The notes under the pieces were generated by a model, which saw nothing but the letters and a program-made list of their open reading frames with translations, made no database searches and was not told the origin of the DNA. From NCBI GenBank assembly GCA_035648655.1, contig DASRLC010000048.1, positions 1 through 46,833 of the forward strand: 46,833 bases of DNA. The letters run 5' to 3'. Below, piece by piece: positions 1-8,838 of the stretch; position 1 is the stretch's first letter, and each line of letters begins with the position of its first letter. Position numbers and translations under genes: made by a program. The stretch comes from Polyangia bacterium (GTDB lineage Bacteria; Myxococcota_A; Polyangia; Fen-1088).

Positions 1-769
1 AACCACCCCAACACCCCTCTCGCCTCCGCCGCTCTCCCACACCGCCGCCCGCACGTCATCCGGCAACCCCATGACCTGGAAGCACCGATGCCAAAGCGCG
101 GGATTCCGGTCGGGCTTAACGCGGGCGGAACGACAGGGAGAACCCACGCGGTCAGCAACGTTACGCATCTTCACGCAGGCAACCAGGCCAACCGGCCGGG
201 CGCGCATCCTTGTCGACGTTTCGACCCTACACAACAATCAAGCGGCCCTGCGACTCGAAGCACCTTCGCCAGAAGGTAGATGTCGGCCCCCATGAGGCGG
301 CTTGGATGATAGCGCAAAAATCACTGTGCCCACGCCGTGCCCAACGGGTGCGTCTTGGTGGCCACGAGCGCGAAGTCAGCGAAAGTCGACGCGCTCGTAA
401 CCCTGCGATTCCGTTGCTCCTGAGCACCCGAGGATGATCACCGCTCCGCGAGGATGCGGTTTTTCCCCGATGCGCTGAACGCTCAGGTCATCGGCGAGCG
501 CCTCACCGAGCGCGCCGAGACCTTCGCGTCTTCGAAGGGGCTACCGGGACCTATACTGATCCGCCTCGCCGGGAAGGAACCAGCAGCCCCGATCCGCACG
601 GCCCGTCGCCGCGGCAACCAGATGTCCAAACGGCCTGGTCGCCGACCGCTCGAACGTCTGAACGTCTGGTGGTCTCGTCACCCCTGCGCCGGACAACGAA
701 CGACGACCTGAAAGGACGGAACGAGGGGAGGGCAGCCGAAGGGCCGAAGGGGGATCCTACGGGGGAGTG

Positions 770-1150
770 TCATTCTTGGGATCTCTCGGTGGACGCGGCG
801 TAGGAACCCCGGCCGATACGCTTGATCTCCCCGCGATCGAACAAGCGTTGGAGAGCCGACTCGACCGAGCCCTTCGCGGGGCGCCCCCCCAACAACGCCT
901 TGAGCTCACCTGCTTTAAAGGACTGGCCCGGCCGGGAACGCAACTGCTGCAAAACCGAACCTTGAACGTCTTCCGTCGCCAGTGGGCCGGGGGACAGGGC
1001 CCCCTCAGCTGGCCGCCGCGGCTCGATAGGTCCTCCGCTCGGCTCAAGCTCTGATTCTAGATCTCGGTGAAGATCTCCCAGTTCTCGTTCTAGCTCGACG
1101 ATCCGGCGGGCCACGGCCAGAACACGTTGGCCTCGCTCAGACAGAGCCAT
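770..1150 (-). CDS. Small putative DNA-binding protein (N-terminal coiled coil, C-terminal winged-helix-like segment)
   Basis: 126-aa ORF. The C-terminal part SVLQQLRSRPGQSFKAGELKALL...LQRLFDRGEIKRIGRGSY looks like a wHTH recognition helix plus wing. The start codon abuts an AT-rich region carrying palindromic GCCTAA boxes. The family was not identified. Confidence 0.5.
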   Translation of the reverse strand: MALSERGQRVLAVARRIVELERELGDLHRDLESELEPSGGPIEPRRPAEGALSPGPLATEDVQGSVLQQLRSRPGQSFKAGELKALLGGRPAKGSVESALQRLFDRGEIKRIGRGSYAASTERSQE

Positions 1151-1160
1151 GATGTCGACT

Positions 1161-1247
1161 TTAGGCGATTCCGCCTAATTGAGCAACTCTTCGCCATTGT
1201 GCCTAATTTATGCTCAATACTGCCTAACGCCTAAATGCTTACCTAAA
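1161..1247. promoter_or_regulatory. Operator-like cluster: palindrome TTAGGCG-ATTC-CGCCTAA plus repeated (G/A)CCTAA boxes
   Basis: Perfect 7-bp-arm palindrome at 1161-1178. Further GCCTAA/CCTAA boxes start at about 1201, 1222, 1229 and 1242. The DNA is visibly AT-rich and lies directly upstream of the minus-strand gene that starts at 1150. Confidence 0.4.
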
Positions 1248-1377
1248 TACGTACCGAGCAGGCGCCAAGGCGCCGTCGCAGCGGTAGCTTACCCATCATC
1301 TAGCGCATTGGCTAATGCATGTTAAATACCTATAATTACTAATCTATATTAGCAGCCAGTGCCGTACGAACGGTGAG

Positions 1378-1646
1378 CGGGCATGTTCGTACAGTTCCGA
1401 CTATGGGGGCAGCTTCCAGCGGCCCCGACGGGCATGTTCGTACGCCTTGCCGCTCAAATTAGGCGGGCACCATGGGCACCCTGCTCAGACGCCGTCGCTC
1501 GGTGGGGGCCAAAGTTATCAACGGGCATCTTCGTACGGGAAAACGGGCATGTTCGTACGCTTCAACGGTCCTCTGGGTACGGATCGACGGGCATCCTCGT
1601 ACGCCAAAACGGGCAGGTCCGTACGTGTCAACGGTCTTCTTCGTAC
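1378..1646. repeat. Iteron-like direct repeats, 15-bp core CGGGCATGTTCGTAC, with six copies phased exactly 22 bp apart
   Basis: Core copies start at 1378 and 1429 (both perfect) and at 1522, 1544, 1566, 1588, 1610 and 1632. The copies at 1566 and 1632 are degenerate. An inverted core GTACGAAC lies at 1364-1371. The ORFs predicted across this stretch repeat the peptide MFVR/IFVR, which is a repeat artefact. Confidence 0.75.
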
Positions 1647-2120
1647 GCCTCTCAGGCGTACTGGCCAAAATCTCGTATGATATCCATCGGTTCTGCGGGT
1701 CGCGTTTCCCCCAGATACTTCTATTCATCTACTCTGATCATTCACTAGACACCAAATCTCAGGGACTGCGCTGCGCGAGGTACTGAACAGACCCCGAGGG
1801 TGGCGGGCTGCGGGAGGGTGGACAGCCCTGCTGGATTCCCTGCGGGAACGGTCCCTTCGGGCCCGCCCTACGGGTCCACAGGCCTGCCCACCCCCCCGGC
1901 CTTCGGCTGGACACGCTGCGCGTGCCCACAGCCCTTGGTCGTCGAAGACGCCGACCACACCCTCGGGGCCCGTTTCAATGGGACCTGATTCGCTATCGCG
2001 CATTTATGAGACCAGAGCGGAGGGGAGATCTACGAGGGGAACCTGAGGAAACACGAAGGGGTTCCTGGACGACAAGACCACCGGAGCCGCGCACCCCGCA
2101 TCCGCCCCGGAGGGTACCCC

Positions 2121-4367
2121 ATGGATCTCATTGTTCTTGAATCGCCCAACAAGGTGAAGGACGTCCAGAAATATGCCGAGGCAGCGGGGTTCACTTGCCG
2201 GGTCACGGCGACCGTCGGGCACCTCCTGGACCTTCCCCCGATGTCGAGCGGCCCCGCTATTGACACCCGAACCTTCGCCCTTGACCAGCTCCAGCCGAGG
2301 GACGGTGGAGCCAGTGATCGGGTCAATCGGCTCAAGGCGGCCATCGGCCAGGCCAGCCGAGTCATCGTAGCGACGGACCCGGATAGGGAAGGGGAGGCGA
2401 TCGCTGCGGAGGTCTGGCAATGGATCCCAGCTTCCAAGGCGTGGCGGGCATCCTTCGAGGAGATTACGCTCGCCGGCGTCGCAACGGGGCTGAGAGCCAT
2501 GCGTCCCGAGCTCAGGACGCCCGCCGTCGAAGCTGCACATGCCCGTCGCGTGATTGACCGCCTGGCCGGATGGCACGGCACGTCTGTCGTGTTCGAGAAA
2601 TTGCGGCAGCACCGGGGATTATCGGCCGGCCGCTTGCAGAGCGCGGCGCTGCGGCTCGTGGTCGAGCGCCATCGCGAGAACCAGGACTTTCGCGCGATCT
2701 CGACGTACGGCGTGCGCCTCAAGGTGAAGGCGCCGGGTGGTACCGAGTTCCTGGCCCGCCTGGTGGCCCAGGACGGCACCCCGATTACGTTCCCGTCGAA
2801 ATCCGATGCGGAGGGGTTTCGCTCTCCGACTATGGTCGGCGTCGCTCAGGTCGACGCCGAAAGGAAGACGCAGAAGCCGCGACCGCCGTTCGAGGCAGCT
2901 TCCTGGCTCCAGGTCGCGTGCAAAGCACTGCGGATCACCGTCAAAGACGCCACGCAAGCCACTCAAAGCCTCTTCGAGGGCGGGCTCACCACCTATCCCC
3001 GGACCGACACCGTCCGTGTCGCCGACGATGCAATCGCCTGGGCTCGCGCTGAGCTCGAGCGGCGGTTCGGCCCGGCATACGTGCCCCCTTCACCCTGGGA
3101 GCACAAGGACCGAGGGGCGAGCGCCGTACAGGGCGCGCACGAAGCAATCCGGCCGACGATTCCTCACGGCCCGCCGTCCGAGCTCGAGGGTCGCCGCGAG
3201 CACGTTTGGGCAAGGGCCTACGCTCTCATCGAAGCTCGTTTCCTTGCGAGCCAGGCCGCCGCCCGCATCGTGAATGAGACCACGGCGCGGCTCGAAGCCG
3301 ACGACGGCGCCGTCTTTCTGGCGAAGGGACAAGTCGAGATCTTCGACGGTTGGAAGCGCGTGGTCACCACCGACGCAGAGGAGGAGGCAGATCACGCGGG
3401 GAGCGGAGCGGCGCCGGTCGCCTTCGAGGACGACGGCGACGACGACCTGCCACCGCTAGCCGCCGGAGATCGCCTCGAGGTGCTCGCGACGGAGATCACC
3501 ACTCACACGACAAAGCCCAAGCCGCTCTTCACGCAAGCGTCGCTCGTGGCCGAGCTGAAGCGGCTCGGAATCGGGCGGCCGAGCACGTACCACACCGTTG
3601 TCCCCCTGCTGCTCGGCCGCGGCTGGGCAACGGAAGAGGCCGCCGCCGGAGGGGAAAAGCGTCGAAAGAAAGTCGATCAGCTGCCCGTTCTGGTGCCGGC
3701 TCTAGTCGGTCTGGACCTGTGCGCCTTCCTGTGCGAGGCCTTCCCAGGGCTCGTCGACTACGACTTCACAGCCTCTATGGAGGCGGCGCTCGACGAGATA
3801 GAGGCAGGGTTCCGGACACGCGCCGATGTCGGAGCCGCATGGTGGTCTCGGTTTGAACCGGAGCTGCTCGCCGCGAGGGTGTTGAAGCCACAGTTTCGGG
3901 AGCGGAAAGATCTCGGGCCATGCCCAAAGTGCGCTGCTGAGGGCCGCAGCGGCCGCCTCCGCCTCATCGAGGGGGTGAACGGCGAGACCAAGAAGGCCTA
4001 CTCCTTCGGAGCATGTGACGCGGAAACCAAGGAGACTCGCCTCTGCGGTACGAAAGCACAGGTCCACGAAGGGGAGCTGCTTCCGTCGGCGCCATGTCCG
4101 AGATGCCGGCAACCCCTCAAGGCGATCAATCGCAAGGACGGGGGCCACTCCTGGAAGTGCGAAGAGCATGGTTGGTTCCTGGCGGATCGACGCTGGCGCC
4201 TGGTGAAGCCTCCCTCGTGTCCGACGTGCAACACCGTCATGACCCACCGCGAGCGCCAAGATCCGAAGGGCGAATTCTTCTGGGCGTGCTTCACGCACAA
4301 AGTCTTCTTGGACTCCGACGAATTCGGAGCCATCGAGAAGCCAAAGAAGCGTCGCGGCAAAACGTAA
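2121..4367 (+). CDS. Type IA DNA topoisomerase (Toprim domain plus C-terminal zinc ribbons)
   Basis: N-terminal Toprim signature LIVLESPNK...ATDPDREGEAIA. Catalytic-tyrosine motif GGLTTYPRTDT. C-terminal Cys pairs CPKC, CPRC and CPTC. 748 aa. Confidence 0.9.
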   Translation: MDLIVLESPNKVKDVQKYAEAAGFTCRVTATVGHLLDLPPMSSGPAIDTRTFALDQLQPRDGGASDRVNRLKAAIGQASRVIVATDPDREGEAIAAEVWQWIPASKAWRASFEEITLAGVATGLRAMRPELRTPAVEAAHARRVIDRLAGWHGTSVVFEKLRQHRGLSAGRLQSAALRLVVERHRENQDFRAISTYGVRLKVKAPGGTEFLARLVAQDGTPITFPSKSDAEGFRSPTMVGVAQVDAERKTQKPRPPFEAASWLQVACKALRITVKDATQATQSLFEGGLTTYPRTDTVRVADDAIAWARAELERRFGPAYVPPSPWEHKDRGASAVQGAHEAIRPTIPHGPPSELEGRREHVWARAYALIEARFLASQAAARIVNETTARLEADDGAVFLAKGQVEIFDGWKRVVTTDAEEEADHAGSGAAPVAFEDDGDDDLPPLAAGDRLEVLATEITTHTTKPKPLFTQASLVAELKRLGIGRPSTYHTVVPLLLGRGWATEEAAAGGEKRRKKVDQLPVLVPALVGLDLCAFLCEAFPGLVDYDFTASMEAALDEIEAGFRTRADVGAAWWSRFEPELLAARVLKPQFRERKDLGPCPKCAAEGRSGRLRLIEGVNGETKKAYSFGACDAETKETRLCGTKAQVHEGELLPSAPCPRCRQPLKAINRKDGGHSWKCEEHGWFLADRRWRLVKPPSCPTCNTVMTHRERQDPKGEFFWACFTHKVFLDSDEFGAIEKPKKRRGKT

Positions 4368-4433
4368 ACCGTTATACTGCGTCTCGCGTCCACCCAGCAG
4401 GACCGACATTCTGCTGCTCAGAAGGACAGCGCG

Positions 4434-6014
4434 ATGGCCAGATCTCCAACCCTCGAATCGCCAACGCTCGTGGGTGATGACACCACGACCCACGGCGAGC
4501 ACCCCGGGCAGAGGTGCCCCGCTCTCACGATGGTTTGGCATCCGGACGTGCGCCGGGTCGGCGCCCGAGCCTTGTTGTCTGATCGTCGGACCGAGATCTC
4601 ACGTCTCCAGCCTTTGTTTGAAGCACCCGAGGGACCGGGGCAGGGCGGGGGCCATCCGCTTGGTGACACCTACATCAGCTCGAAGACTCCCTCGGTGACT
4701 GTCTCTAGGACCGGAGATGCTCTCGAGATCTCGCCGGGGGGAGCCGACGCCGCGGTGAAGATGGATGGCATACCGCTCACCAGTCCCGCCCTGCTGTCGG
4801 TCGCTGACCTCGAACGCGGCGTGCTGCTCACGCTCGCACGTCGGATCGTCCTTTGTCTTCACTACGCACGCGTGGTTCCACCGGTAGCGGCATCGTCACA
4901 GCACGGCCTAATCGGTGTCGGCGACAGCATGCGCATCATCCGGGGTGAAATCGATCGGGTGGCTGACACGATGACACCCGTCCTGATTAGGGGCGAGACC
5001 GGCACCGGCAAGGAGCTCGTTGCCCGCGCGCTGCGCCACGCGAGCCGGCGGGCTCCGGCCGCCTTCGTCGCGGTGAACATGTCGAAGCTCCAGCCAGATC
5101 GAGCCCTGGCAGAAATCTTCGGTTATGAGCGCGGCGCCTTTACAGGTGCGGCTACCAGCTATCCTGGTCAGCTCCGATCGGCCGAGGGCGGAACGCTCTT
5201 CCTCGATGAAATTGGGCTCGCGCTCTTGTCGGTTCAGCGGATGCTCTTGCGCGTCATCGAAGATGGGCTTGTCCAGCCGCTCGGGTCTCCTCACCCGCCC
5301 CGAAAGGTGGACGTTCGATTCATCGCAGCCACAGATACAAATCTGGAACAGGCGATCGAGGCCGGCGAGTTCTCGCCTGCGCTCTTCGAGCGGCTTGCCC
5401 GCTACACGATCAACCTGCCTCCCCTGCGCAAAAGGCGAGAGGATTTCGGGGTCCTCCTTCTCCACCTCCTCCGTCAGCATCTTGCCGCGCTGGGGGAGCC
5501 CGACCGCTTGGGCCAGGCGGATCCTTCAAAGCCGTGGCTCTCCGGCTCGTCGGTCGCCGCCCTCGCCGCGTTTGACTGGCCGGACAACATCCGGCAGCTC
5601 TCAAACGCCGCTGAGCGTATCGTCATCGACAACCGAGGCCGAACCAAGGCGGAGCTCCCGGACGCCGTTCGGGAGAAGATCTCCAAGACTGCGCAGCCGG
5701 CCCTCACCGCGCCGCAGAGTCGGCCGTCTTCCTCCTCTGGAACCCCTTCTGACAAGCAGGTGGCGGAAGCGTTCGATCGCCACGGAGGCAATCTCAAGGA
5801 CGCAGCTGCCTCGCTCGGAGTGTCTCGCACCACCTTCTACGAGCTGCGCCAGCGCAACCCTCTTCTGCCGAACCTATCGAAGATCACGGACGCCGAGTTG
5901 CTCGCGGCGCACGCCGACCACGCCGGCGACGTCGGGCGGATGGCGCAGGAGCTGCGCGTTCCAGTGAAAGCCCTACAGGTTCGGCTCGGCCGCCTTCTCC
6001 GCAAGCGATCCTGA
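4434..6014 (+). CDS. Sigma-54-dependent transcriptional activator (FHA-like N-terminus, AAA+ core, C-terminal Fis-type HTH)
   Basis: Walker A GETGTGKE, GAFTGA motif (ERGAFTGA), Walker B TLFLDEIG. C-terminal HTH GGNLKDAAASLGVSRTTFYELRQR. The start codon is uncertain; an in-frame ATG at 4530 is an alternative. Confidence 0.85.
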   Translation: MARSPTLESPTLVGDDTTTHGEHPGQRCPALTMVWHPDVRRVGARALLSDRRTEISRLQPLFEAPEGPGQGGGHPLGDTYISSKTPSVTVSRTGDALEISPGGADAAVKMDGIPLTSPALLSVADLERGVLLTLARRIVLCLHYARVVPPVAASSQHGLIGVGDSMRIIRGEIDRVADTMTPVLIRGETGTGKELVARALRHASRRAPAAFVAVNMSKLQPDRALAEIFGYERGAFTGAATSYPGQLRSAEGGTLFLDEIGLALLSVQRMLLRVIEDGLVQPLGSPHPPRKVDVRFIAATDTNLEQAIEAGEFSPALFERLARYTINLPPLRKRREDFGVLLLHLLRQHLAALGEPDRLGQADPSKPWLSGSSVAALAAFDWPDNIRQLSNAAERIVIDNRGRTKAELPDAVREKISKTAQPALTAPQSRPSSSSGTPSDKQVAEAFDRHGGNLKDAAASLGVSRTTFYELRQRNPLLPNLSKITDAELLAAHADHAGDVGRMAQELRVPVKALQVRLGRLLRKRS

Positions 6015-6026
6015 CTGAGACCTGAT

Positions 6027-6065
6027 GTTCGGCGGCGCCGAACACTCCCGAACACGAACGAACAC
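6027..6065. promoter_or_regulatory. Candidate enhancer (UAS): 17-bp perfect palindrome followed by three CGAACAC direct repeats at 10-bp spacing
   Basis: GTTCGGCG-G-CGCCGAAC at 6027-6043. CGAACAC starts at 6039, 6049 and 6059. The half-site GCGCCGAAC recurs at about 6146-6154. The cluster lies about 65-80 bp upstream of the sigma-54 -24 element. Confidence 0.4.
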
Positions 6066-6106
6066 GACTTCGTCGCCGACGCGCCCGTGTTTCCGGCGCC
6101 TCGACG

Positions 6107-6121
6107 TGGCACGGCGGTTGC
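6107..6121 (+). promoter_or_regulatory. Sigma-54 (-24/-12) promoter
   Basis: TGGCAC-GGCGG-TTGC matches the consensus TGGCAC-N5-TTGC exactly. It lies 55 bp upstream of the ATG at 6176 and directly downstream of the sigma-54 activator gene. Confidence 0.6.
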
Positions 6122-6175
6122 GATTCCTCCTTTCGTTCCGAGCGCTCAGGGCGCCGAACGAAAGGGGTCACATCC

Positions 6176-6886
6176 ATGCAGCTTGCCACCGCCATCAGAA
6201 CGATCGAGCAACCGGAATGCACCGCCGAGGTCGATCTCGACAGATCCGTCCGCGACGATCTCATCAAGCTCCACTTGCCTTTGGTGACTGGAATCGCGCA
6301 CAGCATCCGCTGCTCATCGCTCGGCAGGGGCATCGAGCTCGACGATCTGCTGGCCTACGGCGCGAAGGGCTTGCTCGACGCCGCCACCCGCTTCGACGCG
6401 GCGAAAGGGGTCGCATTCAGCACCTTCGCCCGACACCGGATTCGCGGCGCGATCGTGGACGGGATCAGGACTCAGCACTGGGTCTCGCGGCGTGTCTACA
6501 AGCGCCTGCGTGAGGAGGAGGCGAGAGCCGCGCAAGCGCCGGACGGTCCATCACAGATCGATTCCGCAACCACCCCGGGCCTGCGGGTTCCTGCGTCCAG
6601 CAGAGGTGGCAACTATGAACACACCGCCCTGACCACGGGCTGGACCGGCGCTCGCTGGAATGGACGAACGATGGCGAACCTGCCCGTCGAAGAGGACGAA
6701 ACCTTGAAGATGGCGGTCGCTTCTCAGCTCCGATTCTTGCCGGATCTCGAGCGGCGGCTCCTCGAGCTTTTCTACTTCGAGGGGAAAGATCTCACCCAGG
6801 CCGGCGCAGTGCTCGGCCTGCAGCGCTCGTGGGCGAGCCGGCTCCATGCCCGCGCCCTCGAAGCCCTTCGCGCTGCCCTCGAGTAG
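6176..6886 (+). CDS. Sigma-70-family alternative sigma factor (group 3, FliA/WhiG-like)
   Basis: Region 2 reads DDLLAYGAKGLLDAATRFDAAKGVAFSTFARHRIRGAIVDGIR. Region 4 HTH reads LERRLLELFYFEGKDLTQAGAVLGLQRSWASRLHARAL. Confidence 0.85.
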   Translation: MQLATAIRTIEQPECTAEVDLDRSVRDDLIKLHLPLVTGIAHSIRCSSLGRGIELDDLLAYGAKGLLDAATRFDAAKGVAFSTFARHRIRGAIVDGIRTQHWVSRRVYKRLREEEARAAQAPDGPSQIDSATTPGLRVPASSRGGNYEHTALTTGWTGARWNGRTMANLPVEEDETLKMAVASQLRFLPDLERRLLELFYFEGKDLTQAGAVLGLQRSWASRLHARALEALRAALE

Positions 6887-6933
6887 CGCCGCCCCTGCGA
6901 CTACAGCAACCGTCTATTCGAAAGGACACGACC

Positions 6934-7716
6934 ATGACCAAGAACAATCATTCCCTGCTCGGCTGTCTCCCGCTCCTCGCCATGATCGGCCTCGTCGGCT
7001 GCCCGACGAAGAGCTCCGGTGAAACCGACAGTGGCGTCGGAACCATAGACTCCGGCAGCACCGACTCGGACGCAGACGGCGTCTCTGTCGCTTCCGGTTC
7101 CAACAAGCCTTTGGCGCTCGGCTGCAGCTCGAACTCGGAGTGCGCCTCGGGCTTCTGCGCCGACGGAGTCTGCTGTGACTCGGCCTGCGGCCAGCCCTGC
7201 TACACCTGCCACACCACCGGGTCGTACGGCACCTGCCTTCCTCAGATCACCGGAGACGATTCGACCGCGACGCCCGCGTGCACGGGCGCCAAGACCTGCG
7301 GCCTGAACCCGACGCCGGCCAACGGCGGTTTCTCCGTCTGCGGTCTGAAGGACAAGCAGGCCTGCACCAGCAACTCAGCGTGCGCCAGCAACACCTGCGT
7401 CATCTACTACGTCGATGCGGACGGCGACGGCTGGGGCAACACTGCCGACCCCATTCGCATTTGCAACGAGCCGAACGCGGCCGCGCCGCCCGGATTCTCA
7501 ACCCGCCCAGGGGACTGCTGCGATACCGACGCTTCAGCTCACCCCGGCGCGACGTCCTATTCCCCGACCCCGGACCTCTGCGGCTCCTTCGACATCAACT
7601 GCGACGGAACGATCGAGATTCAGCCGGGCTGCGCAGGCGATAGCGATCCAACGACCTGCGGCAAGGCCTGCACCGTCAAGAATGCCTTCGATCTGAACCC
7701 CATCGCCTGCCTTTGA
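6934..7716 (+). CDS. Cysteine-rich secreted lipoprotein, paralog 1
   Basis: Signal peptide with lipobox MIGLVGC. Cys-rich module CSSNSECASGFCADGVCCDSAC. Motif VDADGDGWG (MopE-like putative metal-binding motif). The start was chosen at the internal ATG at 6934, preceded by TTCGAAAGGA. Confidence 0.8.
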   Translation: MTKNNHSLLGCLPLLAMIGLVGCPTKSSGETDSGVGTIDSGSTDSDADGVSVASGSNKPLALGCSSNSECASGFCADGVCCDSACGQPCYTCHTTGSYGTCLPQITGDDSTATPACTGAKTCGLNPTPANGGFSVCGLKDKQACTSNSACASNTCVIYYVDADGDGWGNTADPIRICNEPNAAAPPGFSTRPGDCCDTDASAHPGATSYSPTPDLCGSFDINCDGTIEIQPGCAGDSDPTTCGKACTVKNAFDLNPIACL

Positions 7717-7787
7717 CCAGAACTCGGCCCGCCTGGCCCTGGTCGACCACCTCCCCCAGCCGTCCTCATCTTCGAAAGGAACCAATC

Positions 7788-8555
7788 ATGCTCACTCCGA
7801 CTCGCCTTCTAGTTTCCATCCTCCCGATGCTGTTGCTCGCCGGGTGTCCGTCGAATGGCGACAAGAGCGCTGACGCCAGCGTCGACGCCGAGCCCCAGAA
7901 AGAAGACGCGCCCACCATCCCCATCACCGGCCCGCGCAACCCGATCGCCACCACCTGCTCGACGAACAGCGATTGCACCTCGGGGTTCTGCACCGACGGC
8001 GTCTGCTGCGACTCGGCGTGCAACCAGACTTGCTTTTCGTGCAGCACGACGGGGAAGGTCGGTAACTGCGCTCCACTCGCGTCCGGCCAGGACCTCGTGG
8101 CCACCACTCCTTGCGCGGGCTCGGGCACCTGCAAGATCGACGTCGCCACCAGCCTCCCGGAATGCAGGGTCGCCGACCTGCAGGCCTGCCAGACGAACTC
8201 GGACTGCGCGAGCAACAACTGCGTGACCTTCTTCGTCGACGCCGACGGGGACGGCTACGGTACGCCCACCGAAGCGCAGATCTGCACGGAGCTGGGTGCG
8301 CAGCCACCGCCCGGATACGCCGTCCTGAGCGGTGACTGCTGCGACATCGACAGCGGCGCCCATCCGGGTGTCGCTTCGGGCGTCTACTTCGGATTCGCGG
8401 ACGCTTGCGGCAGCTACGACTGGAACTGCGACGGCAAGGTTGAGCAGCAGCAGCAGTGCACCTACAACTCCACCCTCGCCTGCGGAGGGGAATGCACGAG
8501 CACCAGCATCTTCGGCGGCGGGACCATCAACCTCTTTACCGAGGCCTGCCACTAA
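7788..8555 (+). CDS. Cysteine-rich secreted lipoprotein, paralog 2 (tandem duplicate)
   Basis: Lipobox LLLAGC. CSTNSDCTSGFCTDGVCCDSAC and VDADGDGYG are collinear with paralog 1. The same TTCGAAAGGA sequence precedes the ATG. Confidence 0.8.
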   Translation: MLTPTRLLVSILPMLLLAGCPSNGDKSADASVDAEPQKEDAPTIPITGPRNPIATTCSTNSDCTSGFCTDGVCCDSACNQTCFSCSTTGKVGNCAPLASGQDLVATTPCAGSGTCKIDVATSLPECRVADLQACQTNSDCASNNCVTFFVDADGDGYGTPTEAQICTELGAQPPPGYAVLSGDCCDIDSGAHPGVASGVYFGFADACGSYDWNCDGKVEQQQQCTYNSTLACGGECTSTSIFGGGTINLFTEACH

Positions 8556-8562
8556 CAGCGTC

Positions 8563-8585
8563 GCGACGACGACGGTCGCCGTCGC
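8563..8585 (+). terminator. Possible intrinsic terminator hairpin after the lipoprotein pair
   Basis: GCGACGACGAC-G-GTCGCCGTCGC is an imperfect stem with one mismatch. It is followed by TCTTCATT and begins 8 nt after the stop codon at 8555. Confidence 0.35.
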
Positions 8586-8838
8586 TCTTCATTCCGTCGG
8601 CGGTGTTAAGGACGCCGCCACACCCGGCTTCCGGGGCCGCCGAGCCCCGAACGGAGAGGAGCGGAGGACGCTAAGCCCACCCCTCAGCTCCTGCCACCGT
8701 GCCCAAACCCAAATACGGGTGACCACAGCAGCGCCCCCCTCTAAAGCCAGCTTGGACCTACCCCTGAACTTACTCCCACGGTTGTTAGTTCCCCGAAACC
8801 CGAGCACACGCCGTCCCGAATGGAAGGAGCAAGTGGTC

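Noticed and set aside
1-760. Short ORFs at the left edge (71-295, 210-437, 227-427 minus, 454-711)
   Set aside because: All are short, Arg/Pro/Ser-rich or lack a convincing start and ribosome-binding site, and I saw no recognisable motif. ORF 454-711 has moderately coding-like codon usage but nothing else supports it. I found no tRNA or att-like feature here either.
1383-1786. Several overlapping ORFs (77-121 aa) across the iteron region, with repeated MFVR, IFVR and ILVR peptides
   Set aside because: The repetition at the peptide level is simply the 22-bp DNA repeat read in three frames. No frame looks protein-like, so the region is treated as non-coding repeat DNA. The repeat is also not a CRISPR array. 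Its core is only 15 bp, the units are contiguous 22-mers without unique spacers of CRISPR size, and no cas genes are present.
8332-8838. N-terminal 169 codons of the listed 286-aa ORF 8332-9192
   Set aside because: This part overlaps the end of the lipoprotein gene in another frame and is Ala/Thr/Ser/Pro low-complexity. The gene was started at the ATG at 8839, which has a GGAGG-type ribosome-binding site.
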